A DNA stretch of 64,000 nt from Pecten maximus (lineage: Eukaryota): contig NC_047018.1 in the NCBI RefSeq assembly GCF_902652985.1, positions 47,616,001-47,680,000 on the forward strand. Reading direction: 5' to 3'. This document shows, one piece after another, positions 52,041-64,000 of this stretch. Below the pieces are notes generated by a model. The model was not told the DNA's origin and made no database searches. It saw only the letters and a list, made by a program, of their open reading frames with translations. Within the stretch, counting starts at the first letter, position 1. The number at the start of each line of letters is the position of its first letter. The position numbers were made by a program, and so were the translations under genes.

Positions 52041-54113
52041 TTGGGGTATGATTTTTCAACATAAATGTAAGCTTATGATGATTATAACAAAATGACCGTC
52101 GAGGTGGTAAAATGTCGGCCTCCCAATAAATATATATTATATGATAGGCGGTTTATGGCGTAAAGTGGTAAACTGCAAATGCCATAGAGATGGTACTGAC
52201 CCTGGTAATCATGGTTTGTTTGTTCAGTGGTGAGATAATCATCAATCTTATGAGACATGATTGTCCTCAAGTTTGCAATTGAATTCGGCGAAAAACAAAA
52301 AAAAAATACAATTTTACTGTAGTATACCTATCCGAGTCCGGTGGTTTTAGTTTGGACATTTCGAAATCGGGAATTTTCTTTGCTGTTTGTTTTTCTTGTG
52401 GAATCGCAATTGTTAACAGTATCTGACCAACTGTCTCGTAAATCGTCTTGCTTTATTATCAAAGCGAACAAAAACTAAAAATATGTTAGAAAGAAGTACA
52501 GAACATAGTGTACACGGGGAAATACGGATTATCGTGTCGTTCGGATAAGAAGAATTTACTGAAAACAACGAGATTGAGATGACATAGAGGATGTTCGTCT
52601 TTAGTAACCAGTATTCACGAAGGTAAACTTAAACTTAATGCAGATCTTCCTTACCTCAAGTGCTTGCTTAGGACTGTTTTCCATGTCCGAAGGTCAAAGG
52701 TCAAACTCATTATTACTTAAAATAGAAAATTTGTTCTTTGTGATAACCCAAGTTACTTTGAATCCATCAAACTCAATTTTCATGCAGTTTTTCCTTATCA
52801 CAAGCGCTTGCATGTGATTGCATATTTACTAGTTCTTAGGTCAAAGGTCAAGGTTACTGTTACTATAAACAGAAATAATGTTGCAAAAACTCTTATAATC
52901 ACCCAACTTTTTCCGCAGGCGACACATCCACTTCCAGAAATTCTTGTCATGAGGAGAGATCTTTTGGGGTAAATTGTCATATTAAGGTGAATTAGTGATT
53001 TTGCAGTGTGTCCTATTTCTTTCTTGATATTTACACACATGTTTATGACGTATACAGGGGGCTTCCATGCTAATCGCTTTGTTAAAATTGAGGTTTGTGT
53101 TTAATTTTGTTGGAAACAAATGAAGAAATTTGAGTGAATTTTGGAGTTTGCGTAAACTTACTATAATGTCAAAGTGGAATAGGCGAGACATGTACAACTT
53201 CACGTGTATAAATAGATCAATAAATAAATAAATAAGTCTCCTTACTGTTACAGATGGTTATGAAAATACTGAATAAAGACATAAAACACAGTGTGAGTCT
53301 CCTTACATGTCCCCACTGCCCCACGAAACATGTACATGCGTTAATTACATGTTCAAACAGAAAACTTCATTTTGGTATTTTACAACTATTACTTACTTCC
53401 ACAGATGACAATATCATTATAATGACGTTTGATGATACACGAGTATGTAGAAAGCACGTGATACTCTAGATTTTGAGGCTGACAACTTTGTAGATAAGAA
53501 CCATGATCACAGGTTTGTAATTTGTATTACGATAAATATAAGAGAGATGGTTCTGATAGGTATATTATTCTCCTAGATTAAGATTTCGCTCGGACCTGAA
53601 GTTGTTTGTTTACGTGTAACAAACACGTGTACATATTTCGCTATTGTTGTCTATCTATTTCTTGGCTCTTCTATATCTTAATTTCTGTCATTTTTATTTT
53701 ATTGATAAATACATACGTATATCGTTTGTAAATATAAATATCAATGGTCTTGTAAAATAGTACAGAACTGTATCAGATGTCATTCTTAATGTATGATTTC
53801 AAATACTAGTATAGATACATGTTTAAATCTGTTTATATCATAATCATTAACGGGTTTAACGTCCACCATTACGGCCTTTCAGTGGACGAGCTTAATTCTG
53901 GACAATGAAACTTGTTTATGTATGTAGCTTACAAACACGTATGTACATCAGTACATTACAAATTTTCAAATATCTAATTGAAAGATGGAACTTTGGCCGG
54001 GAATTTCCATTGAAATTACAACAATGCCATATCCAAGAGATCAAAACTAGTTTTACGTTCATTTATGATATTCCAGAGACAGGGAGCAATTGTACAATAA
54101 GTAACCTACCGAT

Positions 54114-54176
54114 AAAATTTCCGGCATTCTTCGGAAATAAACTCTGACTTTGATTCCGAAGAATGCCGGAAATTTT
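54114..54176. repeat. Perfect 23-bp inverted repeat with a 17-nt loop
   Basis: AAAATTTCCGGCATTCTTCGGAA / TTCCGAAGAATGCCGGAAATTTT. Confidence 0.95.
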
Positions 54177-54704
54177 CCCCGAGATGTATTAATTGAAATT
54201 TGAGGAACTTATTTACCCATGTAGTGTCAGATGATAGCTGTACGGCATGCTTCAGAGATACAAAAGTGCATAAATTCATGTGAAGACATCTGAAGTGAAA
54301 GTTTACTGATTTCTATCAGCATTGAGATGTGTTGAACCTGTTGGAATCCAAACAAGACCGATATGTGAGGAGAGTCATGTTACACTCGGCCCATGTGTTA
54401 CAGCGAGGGTACAGTTCATAATTAAAATGCTGCAAAAAAAAAAAAATCTTTAAATTTATATTTTTGACCATTCTGTATAGCGATGCTGGTGTTAAATTGT
54501 CCATTTGTTGATATTTACGGAGATGTAAGTAAAATTGTTACGACCGTTGATGTAGATATATGGGTGATTCAGGGTTGTTTAAAAAGTACATAAAGGATAT
54601 CATATTGCAAACTATCGGCTATATCTTATCTCCGATGTCATTCTCAGTTTGATTTGTTCCATATCTACTCCTACGAGTTCGCAAGCAGTTCTGGTTACAC
54701 TTAG

Positions 54705-57185
54705 GTGAACCCGTGATATCAAGTTGTACTGCTGCGGGTTCATATATTGTTGTACTTCTGTGTGAACCCGTGATATCTAGTTGTACTACTGTGTGAACCC
54801 GTGATATCTAGTTGTACTGCTGCGTGAACCCGTCATATCTAGTTGTACTTCTGTGTGAACCCGTGATATCTAGTTGTATTACTGTGTGAACCCGTCATAT
54901 CTAGTTGTACTACTGTGTGAACCCGTCATATCTAGTTGTACTACTGTGTGAACCCGTGATATCTAGTTGTACTACTGTGTGAACCCGTGATATCTAGTTG
55001 TATTACTGTGTGAACCCGTCATATCTAGTTGTACTACTGTAAACCCGTCATATCTAGTTGTACTACTGTGTGAACCCGTGATATCTAGTTGTACTACTGT
55101 GTGAACCCGTGATATCTAGTCGTACTACTGTGTGAACCCGTGATATCTAGTTGTACTACTGTGTGAACCCGTGATATCTAGTTGTACTACTGTGTGAACC
55201 CGTGATATCTAGTTGTACTACTGTGTGAACCCGTCATATCTAGTTGTACTACTGTGTGAACCCGTGATATCTAGTTGTACTACTGTGTGAACCCGTGATA
55301 TCTAGTGACTACTGTATGAACCCGTGATATCTAGTTGTACTACTGTGTGAACCCGTGATATCTAGTTGTACTACTGTGTGAACCCGTCATATCTAGTTGT
55401 ACTACTGTGTGAACCCGTCATATCTAGTTGTACTACTGTGTGAACCCGTGATATCTAGATGTACTACTGTGTGAACCCGTCATATCTAGTTGTACTACTG
55501 TGTGAACCCGTCATATCTAGTTGTACTACTGTGTGAACCCGTGATATCTAGTTGTACTACTGTATGAACCCGTGATATCTAGATGTACTACTGTGTGAAC
55601 CCGTCATATCTAGTTGTACTACTGTGTGAACCCGTCATATCTAGTTGTACTACTGTGTGAACCCGTGATATCTAGTTGTACTACTGTGTGAACCCGTGAT
55701 ATATAGTTGTACTACTGTAAACCCGTCATATCTAGTTGTACTACTGTGTGAACCCGTGATATCTAGTTGTACTACCATGTGAACCCGTCATATCTAGTTA
55801 TATTACCGTGTGAACCCGTGATATCTAGTTATATTACCGTGTGAACCCGTGATATCTAGTTGTACTACTGTGTGAACCCGTGATATCTAGTTGTACTACT
55901 GTGTGAACCCGTCATATCTAGTTATATTACTGTGTGAACCCGTGATATCTAGTTGTACTACTGTGTGAACCAATCATATCTAGATGTACTACTGTGTGAA
56001 CCCGTCATATCTAGTTATATTACTGTGTGAACCCGTGATATCTAGTTATACTACTGTGTGAACCCGTGATATCTAGTTATACTACTGTGTGAACCCGTGA
56101 TATCTAGTTGTACTACTGTGTGAACCCGTGATATCTAGTTATATTACTGTGTGAACCCGTGATATCTAGTTATACTACTGTGTGAACCCGTTATATCTAG
56201 TTGTTCTACTGTGTGAACCCGTCATATCTAGTCTTACTACTGTAAACCCGTCATATCTAGTTGTACTACTGTGTGAACCCGTGATATCTAGTTGTACTAC
56301 TGTGTGAACCCGTGATATCTAGTTGTACTACTGTGTGAACCCGTGGTATCTAGTTGTACTACTGTGTGAACCCGTCATATCTAGTTGTACTACTGTGTGA
56401 ACCCGTCATATCTAGTCGTACTACTGTAAACCCGTCATATCTAGTTGTACTACTGTGTGAACCCGTGATATATAGTTGTACTACTGTGTGAACCCGTGAT
56501 ATCTAGTGACGAATGTGTGAACCCGTCATATCTAGTTGTACTACTGTGTGAACCCGTGATATCTAGTTGTATTACTGTGTGAACCCGTGATATATAGTTG
56601 TACTACTGTGTGAACCCGTGATATCTAGTTGTATTACTGTGTGAACCCGTGATATCTAGTTATACTACCGTGTGAACCCGTGATATCTAGTTGTACTACC
56701 GTGTGAACCCGTCATATCTAGTTGTACTACTGTGTGAACCCGTGATATCGAGATGTACTACCGTGTGAACCCGTGATATCTAGTTATACTACTGTGTGAA
56801 CCCGTGATATCTAGTTGTACTACTGTATGAACCCGTCATATCTAGTTGTATTACTGTGTGAACCCGTTATATCTAGTTATATTACTGTGTGAACCCGTGA
56901 TATCTAGTTATATTACTGTGTGAACCCGTCATATCTAGTTGTACTACTGTGTGAACCCGTCATATCTAGTCTTACTACTGTGTGAACCCGTCATATCTAG
57001 TTGTACTACCGTGTGAACCCGTCATATCTAGTTGTATTACTGTGTGAACCCGTCATAATTTATCTAGTTGTACTACTGTGAACCCGTCATATCTAGTTGT
57101 ACTACTGTGAACCCGTCATATATAGTTGTACTACTGTGTGAACCCGTCATATATAGTTGCACTACTGTGTGAACCAGTTATATAT
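54705..57185. repeat. 31-bp minisatellite, ~80 copies
   Basis: Unit gtgaacccgtgatatctagttgtactactgt. Confidence 0.97.
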
Positions 57186-57554
57186 CAAAGCAGGGTTGCT
57201 CCTACAAATATTTTATTCCACGTCATTCACACCAGATCGCGGCCGATAGGTGGCGATAAATCACCGTCTCTGCTGTAATTAACGGAATGTCGTCACGTGC
57301 CCTGTTGTGACTGACATGCCCACACACGACTGTTAGTGGTTACCAAGTGTAGGGCTCTCTAATGAGTTAGAAACTAGTTTTGTGTTTCACAATTTGGCTT
57401 TAATATGATACTCGAGATAGCCAACAGCCACAATTTTGAATTTCGATAGAGAAAAGTTTGTTCCACTTTTTCACAAGAACTATTCAAGAAATCCCTTTGA
57501 AACTAGAGACAAGTATAAATCCTCGATACGTATGTTTAATTTTGATATTGTTTT

Positions 57555-57890
57555 TTTTTCGGCATAGCCGTATAATTTTCTTTTGGTCCCGGATATGACG
57601 CGAAAGGTGGCGTTACTTGTCAAGATGAAGTGTGTGATTGGTCAATGTAGCGGTAAATGCAAAATGCAGGTATATGCAGTTAAAAAAAGAAACAAAATTA
57701 AGATTGAATGCAAGCTGAATAAGTGGATGTATCTATTAAAATGACACATCAATAAATTATATTCCTGATTCAAATGCAGTCTTATTATCACCAAAAATGA
57801 TTCAAACTTATGTTGCAGTTTTACATTATAACCACCAGCATTAAAACTATGCCCTTTATCTTTTTAAAAGATATTTCTTGTTTGTATTTA
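57555..57890. repeat. Dispersed repeat, direct copy of 61523-61895
   Basis: tttttcggcatagccgtataat..tcttttggtcccggatatgacgcga.aggtggcgttacttgtcaagatgaag... is shared; probably a non-autonomous DNA transposon fragment. Confidence 0.85.
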
Positions 57891-59753
57891 AAATGGCCGC
57901 TTTCCGCCATTTTGGATTTGAAATTCATGTGTGAAGTTTGTTCAGCGTAGATATTTTTTTGTCTTAAATTTTGAAATAAATATAATAATGTATATAATAA
58001 CAAAATCAAGATGGCCGCCACCCTTTATTTTGGATTTCGACAAATACATTGCCACTTTTTTTAAGAAACTTTATATGTGATTTAGAAAAGAAAAAAAAAA
58101 TGTTGAGTACATATGACATTAGGAACTTGACAACATATATTACATATTAACATCTCGAGTGTCTTATCGCTACTTCTCAAGAAATACTGAAGTGATATTC
58201 TTGAAACTTTAGACAAGTGTCCAGTGTGATCATAGCTGTGTATGCTATGTCTTTATCGTAATTGAACATTGAATTTTGACATTTCTTATTTTTTACGGTT
58301 TTGAATTCAAGCCAATACGTTAATTAACATTCTCACTTTATAACGAAAATTTAATCAAAGGGCCAAAGGCCCTGAGAAACGTCAGGGTCTGAGGTCATAT
58401 AATAAGAAATTTAAAATTGGATTTTATAGTCAGACCGCTACATTTGTATCAGATGAAATATCTTAATCTGGTTATTCCTATTCTATATACTTTGTATATT
58501 CAAGAAAACGTGTATAGCATATTTATCTGCTGACAACTTTCCAATAGCTGAGGAGTATATATAGTTCTTTCCCTATTACTTTAATGCTTGTGGAAGATTA
58601 TTGATATACTCCTGAATCAGTAAAGCTGCTTGTAAACTTTGAAAAAAATCAACTGAACGACAAATTGGTCTATCAACAGAACATGAACCAAAGATAAAAT
58701 CCAAGATGTACACAGCTTAAGATTTTTTTAAATTTTATTTATACTATAAGATGTTAATTAGGCCTAGCAAACATCTATTTTATGACCCCTAGTAACATAT
58801 TTTAACTCCGATGGAAAATTGCGGCTGCGTTGTCTGACGAGACATATCTAGTTTTGACATCGACCCCAGTACATCAGTCACGGATCATAATCATTAGATT
58901 CTTTTCAAATAAACAAATAATAACATTATTTAATAAAATCCTTAAGAAAAATGGCAGTGTAGTTTGTTACAACTTGCCTTCAATTCCCGGTGATATTTCT
59001 CGCGTATTCCAGCGACATACAAATGAATATAAAACTGCGAACGGTCGTTGGTTTAGTTACATTAGACATAACCGCCATTTTTGCCGATTAGTGATGAGTC
59101 ACGTGACAGCTGAAGTTATCTCGTGGAATGCTCGGGTGCATTTGACTACGTTAATAGGGTTGGTTTTAGGCTTATATGAAATGTTCCTGCATATGAACTA
59201 TGGATGAACATATGAGTCTAAGACATGTGGATAGTTTCTCTGTGAATGCATGTAAATTTCCACGACGATCAAACTGATTTTTTTTACTTTCGTTTTCAAG
59301 GCAGGATCGAGACAGAACTACATTGTACGTACTCCTACGCCAACAAAATTGCATATACTGACGAGGAAAATGTTAATATTTATACTCTAAAATAGTCTAG
59401 AACACTAAACATTTATATTTCATTTTAAATAATTGCAGTAAACACGGTTTACATCAGTAAAATCGTGTCAATAATTGCTATCAAAATTGGAACTATATTA
59501 GGCTGCGGATGTATATCATTTGTATGACAGAAACCGGAAGTTGTTAGCCGGAAACACAAGTGTCGCTAACAACATTTTCCTACCACGACTATAACGGCAG
59601 GTGCCAAAGGCATCCTGACGTTAAAAAGTAGAAGAGATGTAAAATCAGTAAAGATCATCAATGATGGGTGCCAAGAACTTACTGGGATCTTAAGATGAAG
59701 ATTGGGATATATTTCCTGTCATTGTCCTCATAACGACCTTTGTAGAAATCTAA

Positions 59754-60244
59754 TGTATTTCAGAGGAAGGAGTAACGGAAAATGCCCTGCACGTGCCGGG
59801 CTTCGAACTAGCGCCCTCTCAAGGCAAATATCCTATCACTAGACTAAAGGGAATTCCCGACTAGTCTGAGATAGTAAGGTGACCTTATACTCTCTACTTT
59901 TACACTACTCCCTCCTTCACAAAGTTTTCGCTCCTCGAAGACAACCACAACCAAGGTTCTTTATCTCCAAGGAAGCCTCTCAATCTCCTATAGCTTTCAC
60001 TTGGAGTGGTCAATGGTACCAAATCTGTGATAGGAAGGAGTAATGAAAAATACCATGCCCGTGCCGGCTTCAAACTAGCGACCTTCCACGTTCGCCGTCC
60101 TTAAATGACCTTAGCTGTTAATAGGGCGTTAAACAAAATAAACCAAACCTTCCACGTTCAAGGCAAACATCCTATCACTAGGCTAAAAGAAAATTCCCGC
60201 TAGTCTGAGCTAGTAAGGTGACCTATACTCTCAACTTTTTCACA
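59754..60244 (-). mobile_element. Miniature LTR retroelement (TRIM) with tRNA-derived LTRs
   Basis: Direct repeats ~59754-59904 and 60026-60244 (TGTGA...TCACA). The 121-bp interior has PBS-like TGGTACCA and polypurine GAAGGAGGGAGTAG on the minus strand. A/B-box-like sequence lies in each LTR. Confidence 0.75.
60094..60146 (+). mobile_element. 53-bp 5'-truncated SINE tail nested in the LTR, with a 13-bp target-site duplication
   Basis: ACCTTCCACGTTC at 60081-60093 and 60147-60159. Confidence 0.9.
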
Positions 60245-61522
60245 GACATAACATTGTTTAATTCCGTTGATGCTCAATGCAATATAAATAGTATTGCAGG
60301 GTTCACCCTGAAGCCAAAAATCATGAGCCATTTTGACAAGATTTCAGAAATCGTACGGGCCAAAACATGGAAAATTGAAGAAATTTGTGAGTTTTGGTGG
60401 GCCATTTTGGAAAATATGGGGCAAATGGCCCCTGGCCCCCTCCAGAGTTATCCCTGGTATAGCTGTCAATATGATGATCAATTGGTATTTCGTCAAAAAG
60501 AACCCAATCCGCAAAAAAACTTGCTAATCATGACAGTCGTGTCTGTGTCTGGGACGATAGAAACAAATCTTATATCTAATTAGCATATGGCTACTAACAA
60601 CGAACTCATTTTCAGATTACAAAGCCATTCGTATTCAAGATACATAATTCATCTCCCCAGGAAATCGTAGCCGAGTACTACATAGAGTACATGCTTGTGA
60701 TTAATATTAAGTTGCTTCTATCTCCTTGAGTGACAAGAATAGTTGTATACACGTGCTTTACGCGAGGGAGGTCCCTATATAAAACAACCGTCCAGACTGA
60801 TCATCTCATGTCTTGATGATAACGCGTATTGAAGTACATGTATAAAGGAAATACGATCCGTGATCCGTGTTGTTAGTTTCCGTTATAGAGATGCGGATCA
60901 GAGCTCTACTGATATCGTGCCACCTCGCCGTGCCGCTCTTCTTATCTGGAGGAGAGAAAGTGTAAATTGTCAAAGAAAATATTGAAAAAATGCTAATCGT
61001 AAGCGTTGATGTGGATATCTTGGCGATGCTAAGGAAACCCGATACTTTGATTCTGTTGAATATGTTCGGGTGGCCGTTAATTTAAACAGAGATGAGTTCG
61101 CGTAAATACAAGGCTTGGTAATTGAGGCCTAACGATGTCTTTGATTGTTGATGCGGTGGAACTCCATCATTGGTTTGTATTCTGCATGCGTCTATTTCGA
61201 GTGTGACACCACACAGCTGTCGGAGAGGGGAAACCATTAAACAGTATCGAGTTCGTGTCTGATTTCAATATGTAGCGACTCTAATGTATACAAATAGAGT
61301 TATATGATTCTAACAGAGAACAACCCGATAACGCACCACGTGCACAAACATTTTTTATGCAGTATCGCGCATGCGCATTATGATGTCTTTTAAAGGAAAT
61401 GTCGGGTTAAAATCACGCGGTAATACGGAATATTACAATATCATATAAATCTACTGTAATTAAAACAAATAAAGATTCAATGGCCCCACACGTTTTTCTA
61501 TTTATTTCGAATTTCGTATTTC

Positions 61523-61895
61523 TTTTTCGGCATAGCCGTATAATATTCTTTTGGTCCCGGATATGACGCGACAGGTGGCGTTACTTGTCAAGATGAAGTA
61601 TGTGATTGGTCAATGTAGCGGTAAATGCAAGATATACAGTTAAAAACGAAACAAAGTTCAGATTGAATGCAAGCTGAATAAGTAGATGAATCTTTTTAAA
61701 TGACATACTAATAAAATTATATTCCTGATTCAAATGCAGTCTTATTATCACCAAAAATGATTCAAACTGATATGATTTTGTTATCCATGCAGAAACGTAT
61801 TAGTTCGTTAATTTATTTCACCAGCAGTTTCACATTATAACACCCAGCATTAAAACTATGCCGTTTATCCTTTTTTTAAAAGATATTTCTTGTTT
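61523..61895. repeat. Dispersed repeat, direct copy of 57555-57890 with a ~50-bp indel
   Basis: Long near-identical blocks. Confidence 0.85.
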
Positions 61896-63545
61896 ATAAT
61901 TCATTTATTTATCTTTTTTTTTTAATTTGTTATTTTTATTTTTTTATTTTTTTTTTCTGGGGGATTTTGATTTTTAAACTAATTTTAATCGGTCTACAAA
62001 TATGTTGATGATCATCCTTTGTAAGAAACAAGATATCCTGGTAATGTGCATAGCTCTAGTGTTACTTCTGATTGTCGATCGTTTTAAATATAAGTTTTAT
62101 GTGTGTTTTTTTGGCCATACAAAAAATATTAACAAGCTTTAACATCTTTCGTCTGCATTTATTTAATGGGACATTCCTTCGCTTGACTAAAGTGTATGTC
62201 GCCAAAATGAAACTTAATCTTTTTATTAATACGACAGTTTTACTCTGAAGGAAAACAATAATGCTTCACGTATTAAATCATAAAAAAAATCTCAATTCGA
62301 CCCGAAGTATCACTAATTACCGCAAAGGCAGAAGGTATTTGTGTATGAAACGTCATTTTTCTGTATATTTCGCCGTTACTGTCATTACTGGTAGGCACAA
62401 AAACTTATTTATTCCTCATTCGAGCATAGATTTTATAAATGGAAATTTTGCACGTTTCTGATGTACGAACAAAGGAGTGCCCCTTTAAAGTTGGGTCAAT
62501 TTCGTTCTTCAAACAAACATATATATCCCTTTGTCTCAGTATGTTCAAATAATGAGCTCGCTTGCTGTTCCTTTGGACAGTTGAGTCAAAGTTTCTTTTT
62601 CCTTGCGACATCTGAAACTTGCTGGGGATGTTTATAAACAACATTTGAACATAATGCAATCAATGTTGACTCGAAACAATAATAGAGCAATTATTTACTT
62701 AATTAACTGAATTAATTAAAACTCCTTTCAATATGTTCGAATATTATTTATAAACACCCCTGCAAGTTTTATGTGTCGCTTTTGCGCGCATGCATTTTCA
62801 TCAAAAAAATGCTGTATTTCGTCAGTTTGGTAAAGCTAAAATTAAATGGCTATCAATACGATGTATTGCTAAAATAGCTATAAATCATAGCATGAGTATT
62901 ACAATACAAGACTTAGTTTTCAACAGTATTTGTTATTCCACTGTGGCTATTTTCAAATATTCGTGTCCTATTAAAATATTTTGCTTTGAAGAGTCGCAAA
63001 TCTAATTACCTATGGTCCTTAAACGACAGGAAGTATTATACTAGTATCTAATAGAGTAACCGTTGAAGGGAACACGGAATCCGGATATAGAGTTACAGTA
63101 CATCAGGCGATGTTAGTGGCACGAAATAACGAAACGGCATCCCCCTTATGTTCTCATAACATTTAATTCAACAGTATGGAACGACAATTAAGGACAAAAA
63201 AATGGCAAAAAATGGCAAAAAATGGCGAAAAAAATGGGTTGTGAAAAAAACAAAAACAAAGAGCTGAAAAGGAAAATTAGATGTTACAATATTAAAATGA
63301 GGAAAACGATAACTGGAAATATATGCTGTCAACTTTATTATGTACTGTACGAATAATAACAGTAGGTAAAATACAGAAACTCGTGGAACCTCACATGCAA
63401 TATTTACACAGTCGCTGTGTGTTTGATTAAGTGTAAACTGTTACTTTTCAAAGAAGGTCGTAAACAAAAACACACATACACACACACAAAACTCCAACAC
63501 TTTGTTTCACACACAGAGAAATCCAGAAAAAGTGGAAACACGAAT

Positions 63546-64000
63546 TCATAATTCTCCAATAATTGCGGCAACAGAAAACTTGAGCCTAGCAGTTTTGGGA
63601 ACAACTGTCTCGCGAGAGTCACCTCCTAAGGTCTTTTTCACATTCGTAACTTTTGATTCTGAAAGAGATACGTCAGTTTTGGGTACGTTACAACCCGCCT
63701 CTCTATGTTGCTTCCTGATGGACTGACCACCGTCGTAGACGTCGACTTCCGGTTCCTTTATGTGCTCTAGTCCCATGTAGTGCGAATCTTTGACGTAAGA
63801 AAACACGTTCCGGTGAATAACTTCCGGTACCGGAAGTGACGAAAGACCAGATGGGATGGATGGTACATTACAGGCGATTTGTTGAATTGCTTTTTGCAGA
63901 TTTCCTTGACAACCCTGCCAGACTAATTCTAACACACTTGAGCTGTGGAAGGGAAATATTTGTTGCAGGAAGTCACGTGGGACACTGGGAAACACTGTTG
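63546..64000 (-). CDS. dmrt: Dmrt (doublesex/mab-3 related) transcription factor, 3' part with a DMA domain; 5' end lies outside the window
   Basis: RDFLQQIFPFHSSSVLELVWQGCQGNLQKAIQQI matches the DMA (CUE-like) pattern L..IFP.....VLEL.L.GC.G....AIE. The frame is open to the window edge. The DM domain is not visible, so the paralogue is unassigned. Confidence 0.75.
   Translation of the reverse strand, partial: TVFPSVPRDFLQQIFPFHSSSVLELVWQGCQGNLQKAIQQIACNVPSIPSGLSSLPVPEVIHRNVFSYVKDSHYMGLEHIKEPEVDVYDGGQSIRKQHREAGCNVPKTDVSLSESKVTNVKKTLGGDSRETVVPKTARLKFSVAAIIGEL

Noticed and set aside
53428-53486. TGATGA...CTGA as a C/D box snoRNA
   Set aside because: Short, with a weak terminal stem, and I could see no convincing rRNA-complementary guide; snoscan would be needed.
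33944-57185. Regular arrays (66-, 22- and 31-bp units) as CRISPR-like loci
   Set aside because: Units are contiguous with no unique spacers, there are no cas genes, and the context is eukaryotic; these are minisatellites.

Overview
Eukaryotic, intron-rich, AT-rich animal DNA. The SINE and HINE-type repeats suggest a bivalve mollusc, probably a scallop (inference). Three genes are recognisable. (1) A complete myc gene on + (CDS 12034-12535 + 12755-13446, 397 aa). (2) A ~28 kb tRNA dimethylallyltransferase gene TRIT1/MOD5 on + (18261-46185). Eleven coding exons were rebuilt by hand; intron 2 is U12-type, and an exon required between exons 3 and 5 could not be found. (3) The 3' end of a DMA-domain Dmrt gene on -, running off the right edge. 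A possible first exon of a divergent gene lies at the left edge. The rest is minisatellites, SINEs, MITE/HINE fragments and a miniature LTR element with tRNA-derived LTRs. Main leads: a 14-bp motif (AAGGGRRRYAACTC) concentrated in the TRIT1 gene body, including coding exons; a duplicated U12 acceptor that lacks exactly its branch point; two inverted Penelope-type hammerhead fragments in TRIT1 introns; a tandemly amplified splice donor; myc-TRIT1 microsynteny shared with human MYCL-TRIT1; and a possible micro-exon non-coding locus at 50.5-54.2 kb. Most short ORFs in the track are spurious.
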